NCBI GenBank assembly: GCA_963733095.1
Contig: CAVTBV010000013.1
Coordinates: 288,001 to 352,000 of the forward strand
DNA from: Candidatus Bathyarchaeota archaeon
GTDB lineage: Archaea > Thermoproteota > Bathyarchaeia > Bathyarchaeales > Bathycorpusculaceae
Length of the DNA: 64,000 nucleotides
Direction of reading: 5' to 3'
A model generated the notes under the pieces. It made no database searches. It saw only the letters and a program-made list of their open reading frames with translations, and was not told where the DNA came from. Of the stretch, positions 60,606-64,000 are shown one piece after another (positions within the stretch are counted from its first letter, which is position 1; each line of letters opens with the position of its first letter). The position numbers and the translations under genes were made by a program.

Positions 60606-61499
60606 TTAGTTAAATAACTCCAGAAAAGATAAAGCTATGCAGGTTATTGATGAAACCGTTAAGCTCATCGCTACTGTTGATTTTGCACGGCTCCAAGCTT
60701 TTTTGAAGTTTTCTCTATAGACATCAATAATGTTCCGGTCATTTGTCCAAAGCATGCATGAGTTGCCCGTTTCAGTATTTTGCTCGGTGGCAATCCATAT
60801 CTCTTTGTTGTCAATAATCTGGTAGTTTTTGCATGTGGTTCTATCTATTGTTTTAACTGTGAATTTGCTTGTGTTTGGCGCTGTTTTTTCAACAGCTTCT
60901 CTAACAGTATTCTCATCTTCGCTGGTAACTATTATTAGTCGCGTTTTTACGTTGCTATCTGCAATTGTTTGGAGAAAGTCGCGGAAATAATTCACAGATG
61001 ACGTTTGGAGATTCTCAATATTGGTGACTAATAGGCATTCTTTTTTTAGTTTTCTAAAAGTAAAGCGTCCTCGGTTTTTTATTGCTTCATCAGTCGTAAG
61101 AAGAGTAAATCGTGTTTCCTCTCTAACCCGCGGTTGCTCCTGTAACGAGTTAACAACGTCTTTGAGGTTATTTTCTAAGTGAGAAATTCTTTCGTGCGCT
61201 TTTTTTCTTTCTTTTGAAACCAAATTGTCCAATGCTTTTTCAATAGGGATTGCTTCAATCATGAATGGCTTGTCGATAGTTTTTGTTATTAACCCCATTC
61301 TTTCAAGTTTTGGTAATAACTTGTAGATGTCCTGTCTGTGTAGTTGTGTGCTCTTTGAGATTCTTCCCACACGAGTTGACCCAGATTGAACTATGCTCAA
61401 ATATACTTTGGCTTGATTGACGGTAAAACCGAATTTCTCTAATTTTACAACTAAGTCTTCTTGCATCATGTCCAATCTCTCCGAGAGCCTGCCCGACAT
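60606..61499 (-). CDS. TrmB-family transcriptional regulator (start reassigned to MSGRLSE or a nearby Met)
   Basis: LEKFGFTVNQAKVY...LHRQDIYKLLPKLERMGL HTH; PLD-like IIDNKE..LWTND tail. Confidence 0.88.
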   Translation of the reverse strand: MSGRLSERLDMMQEDLVVKLEKFGFTVNQAKVYLSIVQSGSTRVGRISKSTQLHRQDIYKLLPKLERMGLITKTIDKPFMIEAIPIEKALDNLVSKERKKAHERISHLENNLKDVVNSLQEQPRVREETRFTLLTTDEAIKNRGRFTFRKLKKECLLVTNIENLQTSSVNYFRDFLQTIADSNVKTRLIIVTSEDENTVREAVEKTAPNTSKFTVKTIDRTTCKNYQIIDNKEIWIATEQNTETGNSCMLWTNDRNIIDVYRENFKKAWSRAKSTVAMSLTVSSITCIALSFLELFN

Positions 61500-61687
61500 A
61501 TATTTTAGGCCAAAGTATAGATAAAACTTTCTGTATTCCCTCTTATTTTTTTCAATTTTAATGTCAGTGCCCACTTGCCAATCAGTCTTATAAGCTAAAA
61601 ACTTGAACAATAGGGGGCATTGACAAAAACAGATGTCCAATAAGATTTCGTTTTTGTTCAATAAAATTAAATGGAGAAAAAAGAAAA

Positions 61688-64000
61688 ATGCAAATAAGGA
61701 AAAACAAAACAATAGCCACTATTATCGCAATAATACTAGTAACATCAATGGCGATAATGTTAGTACCTCAACCAACCGCTACTGCGGAAGTAATTAACGG
61801 AATTAATTACAATCAAGCAACCGCAGACGCAATCAAAGCAGGCATGCACTGGGACCTCAACACAAACGCTTCAACCATAAGGCTAACTCTTTGGGACCGA
61901 TTCCATGACGCAATCCCAACATGGGTATTCAGCACAATTTCGCCGAACCCAGTAGGTGTTGGTCAGGAATTTAGTATGGTCGTATTCAACCCTCAAGTTC
62001 CATACCAAGCACAAGACACCAACAGCATCCGATACAAATACCACGTAGTAATTACCAAACCTGATGGAACAACCGAAACACTTCCTTCAACAGGTTCGTT
62101 AACTTCTGACTCTACAGGTACAACATATACCAAGTACTCACCAACCCAAGTCGGCAATTACTCTGTAATGGTCGTATTCGAGCAACTTAACTGGCTCTTT
62201 AGCGAAGCCATAGCAGGGAACACCAGCAGCACTTCAGGTGTTGCAGGCCGAGACTACTACGGAGTTACTTTCTTGTCAAGCAACCGCACCTACACTGTGA
62301 CAGTCCAGCAAGACCCTGTGACCTCAAACGCTATAACATACTATCCACTTCCAACTGAATACTGGTCTAGACCCATCGAAGGACAGGACAATACTTGGGG
62401 CGCAGTTTCCTCAAACTGGCTTAACAGCGCTGCTGACCGTGACAATGGAAGTCCTGACAACAGAGTTCAAACTCAAGGAACTGCACCAAACAGCGGACAC
62501 ATTCTTTGGACTAAACCAACTGAAGACGGCGGAGTTGTTGGCGGAGAAGCAGACGCGTTTTTGGGAGATCGCGAAGGGCAGGTTTTCAATGCAGGACACC
62601 AGTACCAAACCAGGATGCAGGACACTTCGATCATCATGTACGGCAGACTCTACTACCAAGAACCAATATCTTGGGCTGGTACTGGAGGCGCCTGGGTATG
62701 TGTTGATCTAAAGACTGGGCAGGAAGTCTGGCGAAACCAAACCATGAGTGCGGCACCCTCCTTTGGCTACTACCGTGAGTATGATGACATGAACCAACAT
62801 GGAGTCATTAACCCAGGCTACATATTCTCAAACAACTTTGGCGCAGTAATACACCCACGTTACGGAACAACCCTTCCTGACTCTGTTAATCCATTCTCAG
62901 GTCAAACCACGCCGGCACTAAAAATCACTGATGTACCGTCAGGCACTATCGTTGCTGGTCCAAAAGGTGAGCAATTACGCTACATAATACAGCGAGAAGG
63001 CACTGACTGGAGACTATTTGAATGGAACTCCTCTAGAGTCTTCGAATACCAGACCACTGGAACATATAATGCAAGCCTTGCAAGCCGCATCCAAGTACCA
63101 TCTACAGCGCCCAACCAACCCTTCTTACCAACTTGGGACTTTAACGTTTCAATATCCACAACTCTGCCAACAAACTGGAACCCAACTATTCTACAAGTTG
63201 TACGCGGCGATTATCTTCTAGGAAGCAACGGCACACTACCAAGAGCAGGCACAAGCTCACTTTACTACCACAACCAGGACGTATCAACTCTATTTGCCCT
63301 CAGCTTAAAGCCGGGCGAAGAAGGAAAATTGCTCTGGATGAAGAACTTTGACATGACCTTTGTTAACAGCAACAAAGAAACCATACAGAGACTCTTTATC
63401 CGCTCTGGCGAAGGTGTTTTCGTCATGCAGGAGATGCCCTCACTTACTTGGCTGGGATTTGATGTTTACACCGGAAATCTAATGTGGACCTCTGAACCGC
63501 AGGCTGATGTTAACCCATTCGGCTACTACAGTTGGGTCAGTCTCATGAACGTCTATGGATCATCGATCTATGATGGAACACTGATTACTGCTGGCTACAC
63601 TGGACATGTATTCTGCTATAACCTTACTACGGGAGAATTGCTCTGGAAGCAAGCAGCCTTAACTGGCGGTGAGATCTTTAAGTACTACACTGTATTCCAC
63701 GGCTTAACTGCTGATGGCAAAGTCTTCATCGGAACCCACGAACACTCGGCAGATACCCCGCTTCTAAAGGGCGCGCAGGTTAGAGTCTTTAACCTTACTA
63801 CTGGCGAAGTTGTCTGGAGTATGCTTGGCTGGGCTAACCCATCGACATTCACTCTTGGAGATGGAGTACTGACCTACTGGAACAACTATGATCACCAAGT
63901 CTACGCCGTCGGCAAAGGTCCAAGCAGCACGACTGTTTCAATCACCAACGACGTTGTCCCATCGGGCAGCAGTGTGATGATAAAGGGCACTGTAACTGAT
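61688..64000 (+). CDS. large secreted PQQ-like beta-propeller surface protein, runs off the window
   Basis: Hand translation MQIRKNKTIATIIAIIL..SPNPVGVGQ..ITKPDGT..TSDSTG..PLPTEYWSRPI..HILWTKP..CVDLKTGQEVW; absent from the ORF track because there is no stop in the window. Confidence 0.88.
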   Translation, partial: MQIRKNKTIATIIAIILVTSMAIMLVPQPTATAEVINGINYNQATADAIKAGMHWDLNTNASTIRLTLWDRFHDAIPTWVFSTISPNPVGVGQEFSMVVFNPQVPYQAQDTNSIRYKYHVVITKPDGTTETLPSTGSLTSDSTGTTYTKYSPTQVGNYSVMVVFEQLNWLFSEAIAGNTSSTSGVAGRDYYGVTFLSSNRTYTVTVQQDPVTSNAITYYPLPTEYWSRPIEGQDNTWGAVSSNWLNSAADRDNGSPDNRVQTQGTAPNSGHILWTKPTEDGGVVGGEADAFLGDREGQVFNAGHQYQTRMQDTSIIMYGRLYYQEPISWAGTGGAWVCVDLKTGQEVWRNQTMSAAPSFGYYREYDDMNQHGVINPGYIFSNNFGAVIHPRYGTTLPDSVNPFSGQTTPALKITDVPSGTIVAGPKGEQLRYIIQREGTDWRLFEWNSSRVFEYQTTGTYNASLASRIQVPSTAPNQPFLPTWDFNVSISTTLPTNWNPTILQVVRGDYLLGSNGTLPRAGTSSLYYHNQDVSTLFALSLKPGEEGKLLWMKNFDMTFVNSNKETIQRLFIRSGEGVFVMQEMPSLTWLGFDVYTGNLMWTSEPQADVNPFGYYSWVSLMNVYGSSIYDGTLITAGYTGHVFCYNLTTGELLWKQAALTGGEIFKYYTVFHGLTADGKVFIGTHEHSADTPLLKGAQVRVFNLTTGEVVWSMLGWANPSTFTLGDGVLTYWNNYDHQVYAVGKGPSSTTVSITNDVVPSGSSVMIKGTVTD

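Noticed and set aside
61500-61712. N-terminal 71 aa of the track TrmB ORF
   Set aside because: Overlaps the divergent promoter and start of the beta-propeller gene; not protein-like
62411-63221. Track ORFs 62411-62659, 62439-62711 and 63018-63221
   Set aside because: Shadow frames inside the long beta-propeller CDS that starts at 61688

Overview
Archaeal chromosomal window, most likely Bathyarchaeia. This is inferred from archaeal class III pilins, TrmB, TFS, the porGDAB layout, PEF-type sorting tails and a PQQ-like beta-propeller surface protein. No rRNA, tRNA or CRISPR array is recognisable. (1) About 1-28 kb is a surface and accessory region. It holds a GH26 hydrolase, a HerA-like ATPase, three modular pilin-adhesins sharing a palindromic promoter motif, a silent near-identical copy of one pilin 3' end, an FMN glutamate-synthase-family gene, a dead vapBC, a TFS paralog and a hydroxyacid dehydrogenase/CapK-like ligase/2x GNAT cassette. 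(2) 28105-42087 is a ~14 kb integrated element bounded by a 16-bp direct repeat that appears to lie in the por promoter. It encodes a tyrosine integrase, a wHTH protein with a TFIIB-like Zn ribbon, a primpol-MCM-like fusion and many tiny Zn-finger, RHH and membrane ORFs. (3) porGDAB follows. (4) About 46-56 kb is a co-oriented redox cluster: an extracellular SCP-motif CARDB protein, DsbD-like and NapH-like membrane proteins, a double-cubane-type reductase, a BzdP/BzdQ-like ATP-dependent activator pair, a ferredoxin and an anchored Mo-oxidoreductase. This is the best candidate for an undescribed system. (5) The end carries a CDF transporter, an integrase relic, an MFS permease, TrmB and a truncated beta-propeller protein. 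All family calls come from motif recognition by eye; no searches were run.
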